Positions 9,469 to 20,269 of a DNA stretch of 62,030 nt are shown here, in pieces. Source of the DNA: Alphaproteobacteria bacterium (GTDB lineage: Bacteria > Pseudomonadota > Alphaproteobacteria > UBA7985); NCBI GenBank assembly GCA_049612785.1, contig JBMZBW010000002.1:1-62030 (forward strand). Reading direction: 5' to 3'. The position numbers were made by a program, and so were the translations under genes. The notes under the pieces are model-generated. The model had not been told where the DNA came from. It made no database searches and was given only the letters and a program-made list of their open reading frames with translations. Position 1 is the first letter of the stretch; each line of letters begins with the position of its first letter.

Positions 9469-10677
9469 GTGGTGCGTTCGCAGTTCAAAATCGGCTTGAA
9501 TACTTCCTTGGTCCTCATGGTGCTTCTGCTCTGGTTCACGCCAATTGCGAAAGCCCAAGACGCTCAACTTGATGAACAAGTGCTTCTGGAGCTGCGTCAG
9601 CTTCGGTCGGAGGTGGATTTCCTCCGCTCACAGGTCGAAACAGGCGGTGGCGTTGCCGATGTTCGTTTTGACGATCTTCAGCGCCGGATTGATAAGGTCC
9701 TGGAAGACGCCGCAGCGCTTGCTACGGAAGCCAGCACCGCCAAACGTCAGGCTGAAACGGCTGTAAAGCGGGTCGATGAACTTGAACGGCAGATCTCCAT
9801 CATGCAAGCGGGGGTCGACAAGCTGGCAACTCGACTGGCCCAACTGGAAGCCGACGCTGTTTTTGCTGAACCCGATGAAACCTCTGAGACGCCTCAAGCA
9901 GAGGACGGTGCCGTTGTGGCTGACCAGAGCGCTACTGAAGCCGAAGACGAAACTCCGACTGAGGCCGCCGTTGTCGATGATGACGGGGTAGAGGTTCCTC
10001 TGCCGAAGGATCGAACCGTCATAGAGCCGCCGGCTCGCGAAGTGACGGCTGAGGTAGAGGTCGCAGATGCCGATGCCCAGGTTGTAGAGATCCCACAACG
10101 TTCGACACCCGGTCTTGTTGCTGTTGATGGGGCTGCACCCTTGCTAGGTGAGCTACCAGTATTCCCCTCGGCGCGACCAAATGCTCCGGCTCGGACAATC
10201 CTCGCCAGTACAGAACCAGGCATCGATAATGGCGATGGTGCTGTTCCGGGCACATTCGATGCACTGTCCACAGATGCGGCACCACAAAGCGGACGGTCTA
10301 GCTCCTCTCCGGCCTTTAATGAAGGCATGCAAGCCTTTGACGCGGGCGACTATGTCGATGCCATTTCCAGTCTTCAGCCTCTCTTCGATGAGGGTGGGTT
10401 TGGCGCAAGGGCACCGCAGGGACACTATCTGCTTGGGACATCCTATCAGCGCGTGAACCGCCACGCCGCAGCCATACAAGTCTTGGCTTTGGGTCTGCGT
10501 CGCTATCCTACCTCCGATTATGCTGCAGCCTCGCTGGTCATTCTGGCCGTTGCCCTGAATGCCAATGATCAGCAAACGGAAAGCTGCCGCCTGTTGTCCT
10601 TTGTGCCGTTGGAATACCCGGAAGAAGCGGAGGCAATTACGTCCGCGAATGCCCGTGCCGTCGAATTTGGATGTTGA
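9469..10677 (+). CDS. cpoB: cell division coordinator CpoB/YbgF-like (coiled coil plus TPR-like C-terminus)
   Basis: GTG start. Signal peptide ending AKA-QD, heptad-rich N-domain (LRQLRSEVDFLRSQ, LERQISIMQ), long acidic linker and a TPR-like C-terminus. Located downstream of pal. Confidence 0.65.
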   Translation: MVRSQFKIGLNTSLVLMVLLLWFTPIAKAQDAQLDEQVLLELRQLRSEVDFLRSQVETGGGVADVRFDDLQRRIDKVLEDAAALATEASTAKRQAETAVKRVDELERQISIMQAGVDKLATRLAQLEADAVFAEPDETSETPQAEDGAVVADQSATEAEDETPTEAAVVDDDGVEVPLPKDRTVIEPPAREVTAEVEVADADAQVVEIPQRSTPGLVAVDGAAPLLGELPVFPSARPNAPARTILASTEPGIDNGDGAVPGTFDALSTDAAPQSGRSSSSPAFNEGMQAFDAGDYVDAISSLQPLFDEGGFGARAPQGHYLLGTSYQRVNRHAAAIQVLALGLRRYPTSDYAAASLVILAVALNANDQQTESCRLLSFVPLEYPEEAEAITSANARAVEFGC

Positions 10678-11830
10678 TCGCTTTTGCGATGATCTAAGCC
10701 ATCTGCCAGCGGTGCCTGCGGGCACCCGACTAGGGCTCGCGGTCTCTGGCGGCCCTGACTCTTCTGCTTTGCTTTGGCTGACGAAGCAGGCGCTGCCTTT
10801 TGTGCATTTATCAGTCGCTATCGTGGATCATGGTCTGCGCACCGAAAGCGCAGCCGAGGCCCAAAGCGTGAAGCAAGCCATCGATAGAATGGGTCTGCAG
10901 GCAGAGGTTCTTCGCTGGGAACCGGCGGAAAAAGTCATGTCAGGCAAAATGGAGCAGGCACGATTGGCGCGGTATTGGCTGCTCAAGAAATGGGCTGCTG
11001 AGAACGGTATTTTGCGGATTTGGCTTGGGCATCATTCGGACGATCAGACCGAAACCATGGTCATGAGGCAGCGACAGGGCTCAAGGCAAGAGGGCTTGAG
11101 AGGGATGGAGCGCAGTCGTTTTGATGCCGAAGTCCTGTTTGAGCGGCCCCTTCTATCCTGGCGCAAAGAAGACCTCGTGCGGATTTGCCGTGAACAAAGC
11201 CTCAACCCGGTCGAAGACCCGACCAATCGGGATTTGAAGACGGAGCGAGGGCGTTTGCGGGCGTCAGAAGAGGGAATTTCTCGCCCGGATCCCTCGGCTG
11301 TTGCTGGAAACAGACCATGCTCACTTGGGATGGTAACGCATCCTCTTGGGCATCTATGGGTCAAGCGTCCCTCGATCTCAGCGGCGGACCTGCAAGCAGG
11401 CACGGCATGGGTACGGGGCGGGCATTACGCCCCTTCAACGGAACAGGCGCAGCGAGCCTTGATGGGGCTTGAACGGTCCGGACGTACATCGCTGTTTGGT
11501 TGTGTCGTTGAGAACAGGACTGAGGGTTGGGTTCTCATCACGCGAGAAACCCGAAGCCAGAATCCCTTGAAACCCAAGCGAATGGAAAATGGTCAATGGC
11601 GGATCGATGATCGCTGGATTGTGGACCGGCCAGAGGGTCACTGGGGCTTCTTGCGGACGGCAACTCTGGGTGATGCAGCCGGATGTGTCGCACGAGCAAT
11701 TGCAGCCTGTCTGACCTGGAATAGCGAGGCCCCACGGTTCGAAGATTCTGCGCTAATCTGGCCAGGTAATCGAGCGACATTTTCACCCCGAAGGCCGCTC
11801 ATTTCCGGCAGCAAAGTCGGCCCAGCGTAA
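10649..11830 (+). CDS. tilS: tRNA(Ile)-lysidine synthase
   Basis: PP-loop motif LAVSGGPDSSALL. The start is ambiguous: ATG 10649 or TTG 10667, both overlapping the cpoB 3' end. The ORF-track start at 10559 would overlap cpoB by 119 nt. Confidence 0.8.
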   Translation: MPVPSNLDVDRFCDDLSHLPAVPAGTRLGLAVSGGPDSSALLWLTKQALPFVHLSVAIVDHGLRTESAAEAQSVKQAIDRMGLQAEVLRWEPAEKVMSGKMEQARLARYWLLKKWAAENGILRIWLGHHSDDQTETMVMRQRQGSRQEGLRGMERSRFDAEVLFERPLLSWRKEDLVRICREQSLNPVEDPTNRDLKTERGRLRASEEGISRPDPSAVAGNRPCSLGMVTHPLGHLWVKRPSISAADLQAGTAWVRGGHYAPSTEQAQRALMGLERSGRTSLFGCVVENRTEGWVLITRETRSQNPLKPKRMENGQWRIDDRWIVDRPEGHWGFLRTATLGDAAGCVARAIAACLTWNSEAPRFEDSALIWPGNRATFSPRRPLISGSKVGPA

Positions 11831-11925
11831 GATTCATGTGCGCCGTAACGTCTCAAGCGTTGCATCCGGCAGCTTGGGTCTTACATTGTTGGGTACACAA
11901 ATCCCCTCAAGGGTAAGGAACAAGC

Positions 11926-13860
11926 ATGAATATCGGGCGTAATGTCTTGATTTGGTTGGTGATATTGGTCATCGGCCTTGTGGTGCTGCAAAGCCTGTTC
12001 GGCAACAGCATTAACAGCAACAGCTCCAAGATTGCGATTTCGCAGTTTGAAGAGCTGGTCGATCAAGGGCAGGTGACGGAAGTCGTCATTCAAGGGACCA
12101 CAGCGACCGGAGGCAGCGCGGCTGGACGACGCTTTACCGCGGAAATCCCGCCGGGTGGTATGGAGTTGTTCCTGAGCAAACTGGATGCATCCGGTATCAC
12201 CTACGAATACTCACCGCCAAGCGGGTTCGCTTTTGGGCAATTGTTTGCCTACTTGCTCCCCATTTTGTTGCTGGTGGGCTTCTGGATCTTCATGATGCGC
12301 CAGATGCAGGGTCGCGGCGGCGGCGGGATGGGTTTTGGCCGATCCAAAGCAAAGTTGCTGACCCAAGATATGCACCGAGCCACCTTTGCTGACGTTGCCG
12401 GGGTCGAAGAAGCCAAGGCGGACGTGGAAGAGATCGTTGACTTCCTGCGCGACCCGCAGAAGTTCCAGCGCCTTGGTGGTAAGATCCCCAAAGGCGTACT
12501 GATGGTGGGCCCTCCGGGTACAGGTAAGACGTTGCTGGCCAAAGCGATTGCAGGCGAAGCGAACGTGCCCTTCTTCACCATTTCCGGGTCTGACTTTGTT
12601 GAAATGTTCGTAGGTGTCGGCGCAAGCCGGGTCCGCGACATGTTCGAACAGGCGCGAAAGAATGCACCTTGTATCATCTTCATTGACGAGATTGATGCCG
12701 TTGGTCGGGCTCGTTCCATGGGCATGTCAGGCGGTCACGAAGAACGCGAACAGACGCTCAACCAGTTGCTGGTGGAGATGGATGGTTTTGAAGCCAATGA
12801 AGGCATCATCCTGATCGCTGCGACCAACCGGGCGGACATCCTCGATAAAGCCTTGCTGCGTCCGGGTCGTTTTGACCGACAGGTGCAGGTGAATTTGCCG
12901 GATTCCGTCGGTCGCGAAAAGATCCTGCGCATTCACACCAAAGGTGTTCCGCTGGGGCCGGATATTGATCTGGCTCGTATTGCCAAGGGGACCCCAACTT
13001 TCTCGGGTGCCGATCTCGCCAATCTGGTGAACGAAGCAGCACTTCTGGCCGCGCGTGCTAACAAGCGTGTCGTGACGCAGGAAGATTTCGAGAATGCCAA
13101 GGACAAGGTCACCATGGGACCTGAACGGCGTTCAGCGGTTCGGACTGAAGAAGAAATCGAGCTTGTGGCCTATCATGAAGGCGGACACGCGCTGGTTGGC
13201 GTCCATGTGCCTTTGCGGGACAAGCTGAACAAGGTCACGATCATTCCGCGTGGCGGTGCAGGGGGCTATGCCCAGTTCCTGCCGGAAAACGATGCGGCCA
13301 TGCTGAAGCGGAAAGAACAGTGGAAGGCCGAGCTGGCGATGGCCTACGGTGGTCGCATTGCTGAGGAATTCATTTACGGTGCCGAGCACGTAACCGCTGG
13401 CGCTATCTCTGACATTCAGATGGCAACGCAACAGGCGCGCGTCATGGTCGAGCGCCTTGGCTTCTCTGATCGTCTGGGTCTGCGGGCCTTTGGCGCTGAT
13501 CAGGGTGAAGGCATGTTCGGCGGCATGACCAAGAACTACTCGGATGATTATGCCAAAATCATCGACGAAGAGGTGGAGTTGCTGCTGAAAACCGCCGAAG
13601 ACACGGCGCGTCAGATCATCGGCGAGAACCTTGATGGTCTGCAAAGGTTGAAAGAAGCCCTGATTGAGTACGAAACACTCAGTCGCGAAGAGGTCGAAGC
13701 AGTCCTACGCGGTGAAGAGCTGGCGCGTGAGAGCCGTCGCGTTGAACCGACACGCCATGCAGACGATGATGATGATAAGCCAGCACCGGCGCCGGTGCCA
13801 AAGGCTGCATCGGGTACGTCCGCTTTACCAGGCATCGGCGGTCCTGCCGCTGATAGCTAA
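11926..13860 (+). CDS. ftsH: ATP-dependent zinc metalloprotease FtsH
   Basis: Two N-terminal TM helices, Walker [14 protein letters not shown], Walker [10 protein letters not shown] and Zn motif HEGGHAL. 644 aa. Confidence 0.95.
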   Translation: MNIGRNVLIWLVILVIGLVVLQSLFGNSINSNSSKIAISQFEELVDQGQVTEVVIQGTTATGGSAAGRRFTAEIPPGGMELFLSKLDASGITYEYSPPSGFAFGQLFAYLLPILLLVGFWIFMMRQMQGRGGGGMGFGRSKAKLLTQDMHRATFADVAGVEEAKADVEEIVDFLRDPQKFQRLGGKIPKGVLMVGPPGTGKTLLAKAIAGEANVPFFTISGSDFVEMFVGVGASRVRDMFEQARKNAPCIIFIDEIDAVGRARSMGMSGGHEEREQTLNQLLVEMDGFEANEGIILIAATNRADILDKALLRPGRFDRQVQVNLPDSVGREKILRIHTKGVPLGPDIDLARIAKGTPTFSGADLANLVNEAALLAARANKRVVTQEDFENAKDKVTMGPERRSAVRTEEEIELVAYHEGGHALVGVHVPLRDKLNKVTIIPRGGAGGYAQFLPENDAAMLKRKEQWKAELAMAYGGRIAEEFIYGAEHVTAGAISDIQMATQQARVMVERLGFSDRLGLRAFGADQGEGMFGGMTKNYSDDYAKIIDEEVELLLKTAEDTARQIIGENLDGLQRLKEALIEYETLSREEVEAVLRGEELARESRRVEPTRHADDDDDKPAPAPVPKAASGTSALPGIGGPAADS

Positions 13861-13886
13861 GCGCGTGTGTTTCAACGCCTAGTGTT

Positions 13887-13918
13887 GCGCCCGGTGACTG
13901 TGTTGCCGGGCGCTTTTC
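13887..13918 (+). terminator. rho-independent terminator after ftsH
   Basis: 8-bp GC stem GCGCCCGG (13887-13894) / CCGGGCGC (13906-13913), followed by TTTT. Confidence 0.7.
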
Positions 13919-13945
13919 TGTCCCATATCTGTGAAAGACAAGCGC

Positions 13946-14788
13946 ATGAATGAAGACGGTTTCCATGTCAGCCACTGGGCCGGTCTGGACTTGGAACGCC
14001 CCCATGTCATGGGGATTCTGAACGTAACGCCAGACAGTTTCAGTGATGGTGGGAAGTTTAACCACATTGATGCAGCTTTGGATCAGGCGCAGCGGATGGT
14101 AGCGGAGGGCGCTTCCATCGTGGATGTTGGCGGAGAAAGCACGCGGCCTGGCGCAGCTGAAGTCAGCGTTGCTGAAGAAATCGCAAGGGTCAGGCCGGTT
14201 ATTGAGGCTCTGGCGAATGATGGCATCCTGGTCTCGATTGACACGCGTAAACCCAAGGTGATGGAAGCGGCTGCTGCTGCTGGCGCTGGAATCATCAACG
14301 ATGTCACGGGACTGACGGGCGATGCTGCTTCGCTGGCAACCGCGTTGGACCTCAACCTTCCGGTTTGTGTCATGCACATGCAGGGGGAGCCGCAGACGAT
14401 GCAGCAGGCCCCCAGCTATGACGATGCGCCTTCTGAGGTTTTTGAGTTTTTGGCTGGGCAGGCTGAAGCCTTAATGAGTGGGGGCATGGTACCGGATAAA
14501 ATCTGCCTTGATCCCGGCATAGGGTTTGGCAAGAATCTGGATCATAACCTGCAGATCATGGCTCGGCTTGATGAGTTGGTGGACGCAGGGTGGCCGGTCA
14601 TGCTGGGCGCATCGCGCAAGTCGTTCATCAGCAAGCTGACAGGCGCGGCTGTAGATCAGCGTATGGGCGGCTCCATCGCTGCGGTCCTCGCGGGTTTTGG
14701 TGCCGGGGTTAGCATTTTTCGCGTTCACGATGTGCAAGAAACGGTTCAGGCTCTGACTGTGGCCGAAGCAATCTCTAGTGCTCTATGA
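13946..14788 (+). CDS. folP: dihydropteroate synthase
   Basis: Pterin-binding motifs GILNVTPDSFSDGG and VDVGGESTRPG. The start is ATG 13946 or GTG 13931. Confidence 0.9.
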   Translation: MNEDGFHVSHWAGLDLERPHVMGILNVTPDSFSDGGKFNHIDAALDQAQRMVAEGASIVDVGGESTRPGAAEVSVAEEIARVRPVIEALANDGILVSIDTRKPKVMEAAAAAGAGIINDVTGLTGDAASLATALDLNLPVCVMHMQGEPQTMQQAPSYDDAPSEVFEFLAGQAEALMSGGMVPDKICLDPGIGFGKNLDHNLQIMARLDELVDAGWPVMLGASRKSFISKLTGAAVDQRMGGSIAAVLAGFGAGVSIFRVHDVQETVQALTVAEAISSAL

Positions 14789-14818
14789 TCGCACAAGACC
14801 AAATAGGAATTTACCGCA

Positions 14819-15415
14819 ATGATGACTCTGTATTCTGTCCGGATTTCACCCTTTGGCCGCAAGGTTAAAGTCCTTCTCAAAGAGTTGGGCCTCGAAGATC
14901 AGGTAGAGGTTGTCGCTGCAAACACGCTGGAAGACCCTGACTTTTTGCTGGAGTCCAATCCGCTTGGGAAAATTCCAGTGCTGAAGACTCCCGACCATGG
15001 CGATATCTCGAATTCTTCCCTGATTGCCCGTTACTTGCTGGAAAAGTCAGGGGCAGATGCTGCCGTTAGCGGAGACTGGCAAGCCTTGAAGCTCGAAGCA
15101 CTGTGTGACGGTGCGCTCGAAGCGGCCTTGTTGCTGGTTTACCGCGGTCGGTTTGAAATGACGGGTGGAGACGTGTTTTTTGAGCGTCAGCGGGACAAGG
15201 TCATTCGCGCGCTGGACCGTCTTGAAAGCATGGCCCCCTCATTTGGCACAGAGGGCGCGCCCAGCCTTGGCGAAATCGGTGTTGTGGTGTTGGCTGAATA
15301 CCTTGCCTTCCGAGAGCCGGTGGGTGATTGGCGACAAGGTCGCCCGCAGCTTTCGGCCTTTGTTGATGCTGTTAGCCAGCGTCCCTCCTTCCAAGCCACG
15401 CAACCGGCTGGTTGA
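14819..15415 (+). CDS. glutathione S-transferase family protein
   Basis: Thioredoxin-like N-domain (SPFGRKVKVLL...NPLGKIPVL) plus a helical C-domain. 198 aa. Confidence 0.75.
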   Translation: MMTLYSVRISPFGRKVKVLLKELGLEDQVEVVAANTLEDPDFLLESNPLGKIPVLKTPDHGDISNSSLIARYLLEKSGADAAVSGDWQALKLEALCDGALEAALLLVYRGRFEMTGGDVFFERQRDKVIRALDRLESMAPSFGTEGAPSLGEIGVVVLAEYLAFREPVGDWRQGRPQLSAFVDAVSQRPSFQATQPAG

Positions 15416-15420
15416 TCGAG

Positions 15421-15816
15421 ATGGATGAGCGCCTGCTTGCCTTGCGAGCGGCAATGCTGCCGTCTGTCACCAGCGGTCATTGGCGCGAGTTTGATGCCGA
15501 GGGCTTGGGCCAGATCCTGCTTGGGCCAGGGGATTGGTTGCCCTGGCTTAGCTGGCCTTTCGACGTCGAGATCTGGGTCGAAGAAGGGGACATTGCCGTC
15601 CTGACAACATCAGCAGACGGCGTCTCGGCGCAAGCGCATCATTTGCCATTTGAGCGGGGAGTGGGGATCAAAGCAGATACGGACCTGACGCTTGAAAGCC
15701 TTGGCCGTTGGAGCCTGATTTATCTCCACGTGGGCGAAAGCGCTTTGCCCGTCCGTTTCGACTTCGCGACATTGAGGGACGAGGATTGGTTCCCCGGCCC
15801 TCACAACGGCAATTAA
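15421..15816 (+). CDS. hypothetical protein
   Basis: 131-aa ORF starting at ATG 15421, just after the GST stop. No motif recognised. Coding status rests on length and operon position only. Confidence 0.4.
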   Translation: MDERLLALRAAMLPSVTSGHWREFDAEGLGQILLGPGDWLPWLSWPFDVEIWVEEGDIAVLTTSADGVSAQAHHLPFERGVGIKADTDLTLESLGRWSLIYLHVGESALPVRFDFATLRDEDWFPGPHNGN

Positions 15817-16781
15817 AAGACCTTTTCAACCCACTCAGGCGGCTGGCCGAGCCGGTAGTAAGTGTAAGACATGCCACTGGCCACCAGAGCCGTGGAAAAA
15901 GCCGACAGTATAAAGTTCGGGATTATCGAAACCAAAACGGCTCGGGTTAGATCGCTCTGGCTGATCAGATCCGGATTTGCTGGCATGTTGAGCACGATTT
16001 CAAGCACCCAGCTGACGCCCAGACTCAGCAAAAACATCGGCAGCATCAGGCCGGCGTATGTCATCATCAGGCGACCCACGTGACCGCGCGTTGCCGACCA
16101 TGCCTGTCCCAGCCCAAAGCTGTTGATGCCCAATGCTGCAGCCGGAAGGCTCATGATGAGCTTGCTCCACATATACAGTCCAATCAGGATCCCCAATCCG
16201 ATGAAGGGTACGATCAGGACGATAGCCAACACTTCAGCCCCACCGGGCGCGGCAATGGCACTGACCGTAAGCAGGATGCCGTAGATGATCGAAGCGATGA
16301 TCGCATAGGCGAACAGGACAGCGACCGTGATAATCACCATGAGCAGTGCTCGGAAGAAGTATCGGAACTCAACGGCACCGAGAAACAGTCCAAAGCCTGT
16401 ACGATCGGCATCCAGACCAATGAGCGTGGTTCGGTGCCAGGAAGCGGCCATGGAAGCGCCTGCTAACCCGCCGAAGACCATCAAGACAGCCAGCCAGCCA
16501 AAAAAGCCAACTGCTGCGCCGATGAAGTTCCCAAAAACAGACATGTCGGCATCGCTTGATTCAAAGTCCATGTTCTCCAAATCGGCAGACATACCGTAGA
16601 ATTCCATCGTTGCTGCGTTCAGAAACGTGAGCTGAACCGCCGCTGAGATCAGGAAGTACAGGCCAAACGGAACGAGGGCCGCGACCAGAACGCGCGTCGG
16701 GACGGAGAACACAAATCCGTAAGCCTCTCTCCATATTTGCGTAACAGGCAGATCGAATGAGTCGGTATTTGTCGTATTCAT
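15813..16781 (-). CDS. polytopic membrane protein, unknown family
   Basis: 322 aa with several long hydrophobic helices. Its stop overlaps the convergent gene's stop (TTAA 15813-15816). Confidence 0.55.
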   Translation of the reverse strand: MNTTNTDSFDLPVTQIWREAYGFVFSVPTRVLVAALVPFGLYFLISAAVQLTFLNAATMEFYGMSADLENMDFESSDADMSVFGNFIGAAVGFFGWLAVLMVFGGLAGASMAASWHRTTLIGLDADRTGFGLFLGAVEFRYFFRALLMVIITVAVLFAYAIIASIIYGILLTVSAIAAPGGAEVLAIVLIVPFIGLGILIGLYMWSKLIMSLPAAALGINSFGLGQAWSATRGHVGRLMMTYAGLMLPMFLLSLGVSWVLEIVLNMPANPDLISQSDLTRAVLVSIIPNFILSAFSTALVASGMSYTYYRLGQPPEWVEKVF

Positions 16782-16807
16782 GTGTCTTCTTTTTCTTCCG
16801 TTTTGGT

Positions 16808-17497
16808 TTAGGCCACGTAGCGGTTCAGTGTTTCGCCGAGCTCTTCTGGGCTTTCCAGAATTGCGAGGGCTCCCAGTGCGCGAAATTCTTCGATCCGCTG
16901 GGTTTTCATATGGTCAGCAACAGCATAGAGCACGCCAATAAACGGCACTCCAGCCTCGCATGCTCCCTTGGCCCCTGCTGGTGAGTCTTCGATCACCACG
17001 GCAGTATCCGGCAACTGGTCAAAGCGATGGAGGATATGCTGGTGCAGGTCCGGTGCTGGTTTTGGTCTGGCCACATCCAAACCAGAAAAGCAAACTTCCG
17101 GCGGCAGTAGATCGTCGTAACCCGTGGTTCTCAGGTTTTTGAGTACGTTCAAACGCGGTGCGTTGGAGGCGACAGCAACCTTTACGGATCTTTGCACCAA
17201 CCCCTCCACCACGGTTCGAACGCCGTAAACCGGCTCCAACTCGGTCTCGAAAGCCTCTTCAGAAACCGCATACATCTGGGCAATGAAGTCTTCAGGCAGG
17301 TCATACCCCTCGTCGAGAAGCATGGCCAGCATCGCCCGATCAGACAGGCCCGTGAAGCGCATTTCGCACTCCTCAGCCGTTATTGGATAGCCCAGAGACG
17401 TCAGGAGTTCGGCATTTGACCGCGCCGCAAGTTTCTCGGAATCAATCAGGACACCGTCATTATCAAAGATGACCATTTTTAAGGATTTAAGGGACAT
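16808..17497 (-). CDS. HAD-superfamily hydrolase (beta-phosphoglucomutase-like subfamily IA)
   Basis: Motif I VIFDNDGVLIDSE, later ASNAP and EDSPAGAKGA motifs. 229 aa. Confidence 0.8.
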   Translation of the reverse strand: MSLKSLKMVIFDNDGVLIDSEKLAARSNAELLTSLGYPITAEECEMRFTGLSDRAMLAMLLDEGYDLPEDFIAQMYAVSEEAFETELEPVYGVRTVVEGLVQRSVKVAVASNAPRLNVLKNLRTTGYDDLLPPEVCFSGLDVARPKPAPDLHQHILHRFDQLPDTAVVIEDSPAGAKGACEAGVPFIGVLYAVADHMKTQRIEEFRALGALAILESPEELGETLNRYVA

Positions 17498-17672
17498 TGC
17501 TACCGGCGGTTAGGTGGTTTTCGAAGACTTATAGAGAGTTAAGGAGCGAGACAGAAGGCTCTGCTGAAAATTTGCACAAGCTCAGGATAGAAAAGGAAAG
17601 GTTGTGCAGTCTCTTCCTTTCCCGCTCCGGCCCGCTTAATCTTGGCCCACAGTTTAAGCAAACGGGGATGCC

Positions 17673-18362
17673 ATGAGCCGGATTCTAGTAGTTGATGACG
17701 ATCCGCACATTCGCGAGGTGGTTCAGTTCGCCCTCGACCGTGAAGGTTTTTCCACGGTGGAGGCAAAAGACGGTGCCGAGGCGCTAGAGCGCTTCGAAGT
17801 CGAGAAACCGGATCTGCTGGTTCTTGATATCACCATGCCTGAGCTGGATGGCACCGAGGTGTGCCGGCGTATTCGGCAGAATGACAAGACACCGATTATC
17901 TTTCTCTCCTCTCGCGATGATGAAATCGACCGTGTGCTGGGGTTGGAGCTTGGTGGGGATGATTACATCACCAAGCCATTTTCGCCGCGCGAGCTGGTCG
18001 CACGCGTCAAAGCGGTTCTCCGCCGCTTTGATGATCATGCTGAGCCCAGAGGCGACGAAGGCACCGCGACCATGCAACATGGACGCCTATCCCTGAATCT
18101 GGATGATTTCACGGGTCAGTGGGATGAAACTCAGGTGGTTCTGACACTTACAGAATTTGGCATCCTCCGGACGCTGATGCAGCGGCCAGGCAAGGTTTAC
18201 TCCCGCGATGATCTGATGAGTAATGCTTACGAGCTATCTCGCATTGTTTCGGACCGAACCATCGACAGTCATGTGCGCCGTGTTCGAAAGAAGTTCGCCG
18301 ATATCGGGGCTGAGCCAGTCGAGACCGTTCATGGCATAGGCTACAAATTGGGGGCGTGTTGA
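17673..18362 (+). CDS. OmpR/PhoB-family response regulator
   Basis: Receiver domain (ILVVDDD...LLVLDITMPELDG...KP) plus a winged-helix C-terminus (VHGIGYKL). Confidence 0.9.
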   Translation: MSRILVVDDDPHIREVVQFALDREGFSTVEAKDGAEALERFEVEKPDLLVLDITMPELDGTEVCRRIRQNDKTPIIFLSSRDDEIDRVLGLELGGDDYITKPFSPRELVARVKAVLRRFDDHAEPRGDEGTATMQHGRLSLNLDDFTGQWDETQVVLTLTEFGILRTLMQRPGKVYSRDDLMSNAYELSRIVSDRTIDSHVRRVRKKFADIGAEPVETVHGIGYKLGAC

Positions 18363-20065
18363 GCGATAGCCCTGCCCCTAAGCCGAGCGAAAAACCGACC
18401 CCGGTTGCGTCGGCTACGGTGCCCGTCTCCCCCGTGCGGTGGCGACACAGGCTGTTTGGTAGACCGCGTTTGTCGACATTGCTGTTGGCTGTAAATCTGA
18501 TCCTGCTGATGGCACCGCTGAGCGGGATATTCGCCATGCGGCTTTATGAGTCGGCTTTGATCCGACAGACAGAGACGGGCTTGCAGTCTCAAGCTGCTTT
18601 TGTGGCTGCATCATTTCGCGCGGCCTTGCATCGCAACAAGGCACCGCGGCTGGAATACACCGAACTCTCCCATCCGGTGGACGAAGCGTTTTTGGTCGAA
18701 GTCGACCCGAATGTTCCATGGCAGCCGCGACCACCCAAGCTGGATTTGGCGCGCGATCCACTGCTGCCACCGCCTGGCGCTCCTCAGGAAACCCAGACCA
18801 AGCCTCACTGGTTGGCCAAGGACGCTGGCCTGGATATCTGGACGGTACTGATGGAGGCACACTACGTGACGCTGTCCTCGATCCGCGTCATCGATCATCA
18901 GGGGATCATCGTATCTTCTACCACTACGAACGAAGGTCTCAGTCTGCGGCATCTGCCTGAAGTGGCTCAGGCTTTGAAAGGCGATACCGTCTCGATCTTG
19001 CGGCAAAAGCAGGAGATGGCTGAGGGTAACCGGCGGTTCAATGCTTTTGAGCGATCCAGCGGGATCAGGGTCTATGTCGCAGCCCCGATCATCATAGAGA
19101 ATCAGGTTGTGGGTGCCGTCCTGCTGGGCCGAACACCCGCAACGTTGCGGGAGGCATTGCGCGGTAAGACGCGTGTGCTGTTTCTGGCCTCTGCCTTTCT
19201 GATTTTTGTTGCGGCACTGGTCTCTCTGTTCATGGGCGCAACCATATCCGGCCCGGTTTCAAGACTGGTGAAGCAATCCAAGCAGGTGGTTCAAGGACGC
19301 CGGGGTGGGATCGAGCCGCTGGAGCACCCGGTTACCGCAGAAATCGCTGAGCTCTCTGAATCCGTCTCGGCCATGGCTGGGACATTGATGGCGCGAGCCG
19401 AGTACATCAGCGACTTTGCCGCCAAAGTGAGCCATGAATTCAAAACGCCACTGACGTCGATTCAAGGTGCCGTCGAGTTGCTGCGTGACCATGCACACAC
19501 CATGGACGAAGACCGGCGGGAACGTTTTCTTTCCAACATCGCTGCTGACAGCGACCGCCTGTCTCGCCTCGTCACTCGCTTGCTCGAACTTGCCCGAGCA
19601 GATGTCATGCAGCCTGAACCGGGTGGAGTCACTGAACTCCTTGGGTTTTTGCAAGCCTTGAAGGAGGTTTATGAGGACGGTGGATCCAAGCTCAACCTCA
19701 CCGGCTTGCCCCAAGATGGTGAGTTACTCGTGGCAATCGACGCCGATAATCTCGCCTCCATCGTGCGCAATCTCGTCGACAATGCGCTGTTGCATGGTCA
19801 AGCAGCCCCAGAAATTGAGGTCGACATCTCGGAGAAGGTGGTTCGGATTACGGTCGCCGATGACGGCCCCGGTGTCTCGGCCGCTAACGCCAGCCGTATC
19901 TTTGATCCGTTTTTCACCACCGACAGAGAAGGGGGTGGAACTGGTTTGGGGCTTTCGCTTGTTAAAACGCTCGCCGAGGTGCACGGCGGAGGCATTAAGC
20001 TGACAAACCATGTCGGAGGCTGCCAGTTTGTCGTAACCCTGCCGCGCGCTGGCAAAATTAACTAA
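18356..20065 (+). CDS. sensor histidine kinase (TM-periplasmic-TM-HAMP-HisKA-HATPase)
   Basis: GTG start overlapping the regulator's stop. H-box SHEFKTPLTSI, N box DNALLHG, G boxes DDGPGV and GGTGLGLSL. Confidence 0.85.
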   Translation: MLSDSPAPKPSEKPTPVASATVPVSPVRWRHRLFGRPRLSTLLLAVNLILLMAPLSGIFAMRLYESALIRQTETGLQSQAAFVAASFRAALHRNKAPRLEYTELSHPVDEAFLVEVDPNVPWQPRPPKLDLARDPLLPPPGAPQETQTKPHWLAKDAGLDIWTVLMEAHYVTLSSIRVIDHQGIIVSSTTTNEGLSLRHLPEVAQALKGDTVSILRQKQEMAEGNRRFNAFERSSGIRVYVAAPIIIENQVVGAVLLGRTPATLREALRGKTRVLFLASAFLIFVAALVSLFMGATISGPVSRLVKQSKQVVQGRRGGIEPLEHPVTAEIAELSESVSAMAGTLMARAEYISDFAAKVSHEFKTPLTSIQGAVELLRDHAHTMDEDRRERFLSNIAADSDRLSRLVTRLLELARADVMQPEPGGVTELLGFLQALKEVYEDGGSKLNLTGLPQDGELLVAIDADNLASIVRNLVDNALLHGQAAPEIEVDISEKVVRITVADDGPGVSAANASRIFDPFFTTDREGGGTGLGLSLVKTLAEVHGGGIKLTNHVGGCQFVVTLPRAGKIN

Positions 20066-20158
20066 GTGCAATCAGTCGCTTGATTGAACCCAACCTTTTC
20101 GGTTATTTAGGCGCACGTTACAGGCCAATTCACCAACATTGGCCCTTTGAACAGGCGT

Positions 20159-20234
<76 letters not shown>

Positions 20235-20269
20235 CTTTTCTTTCGACATCTTCGAATATCATGGCCGCA

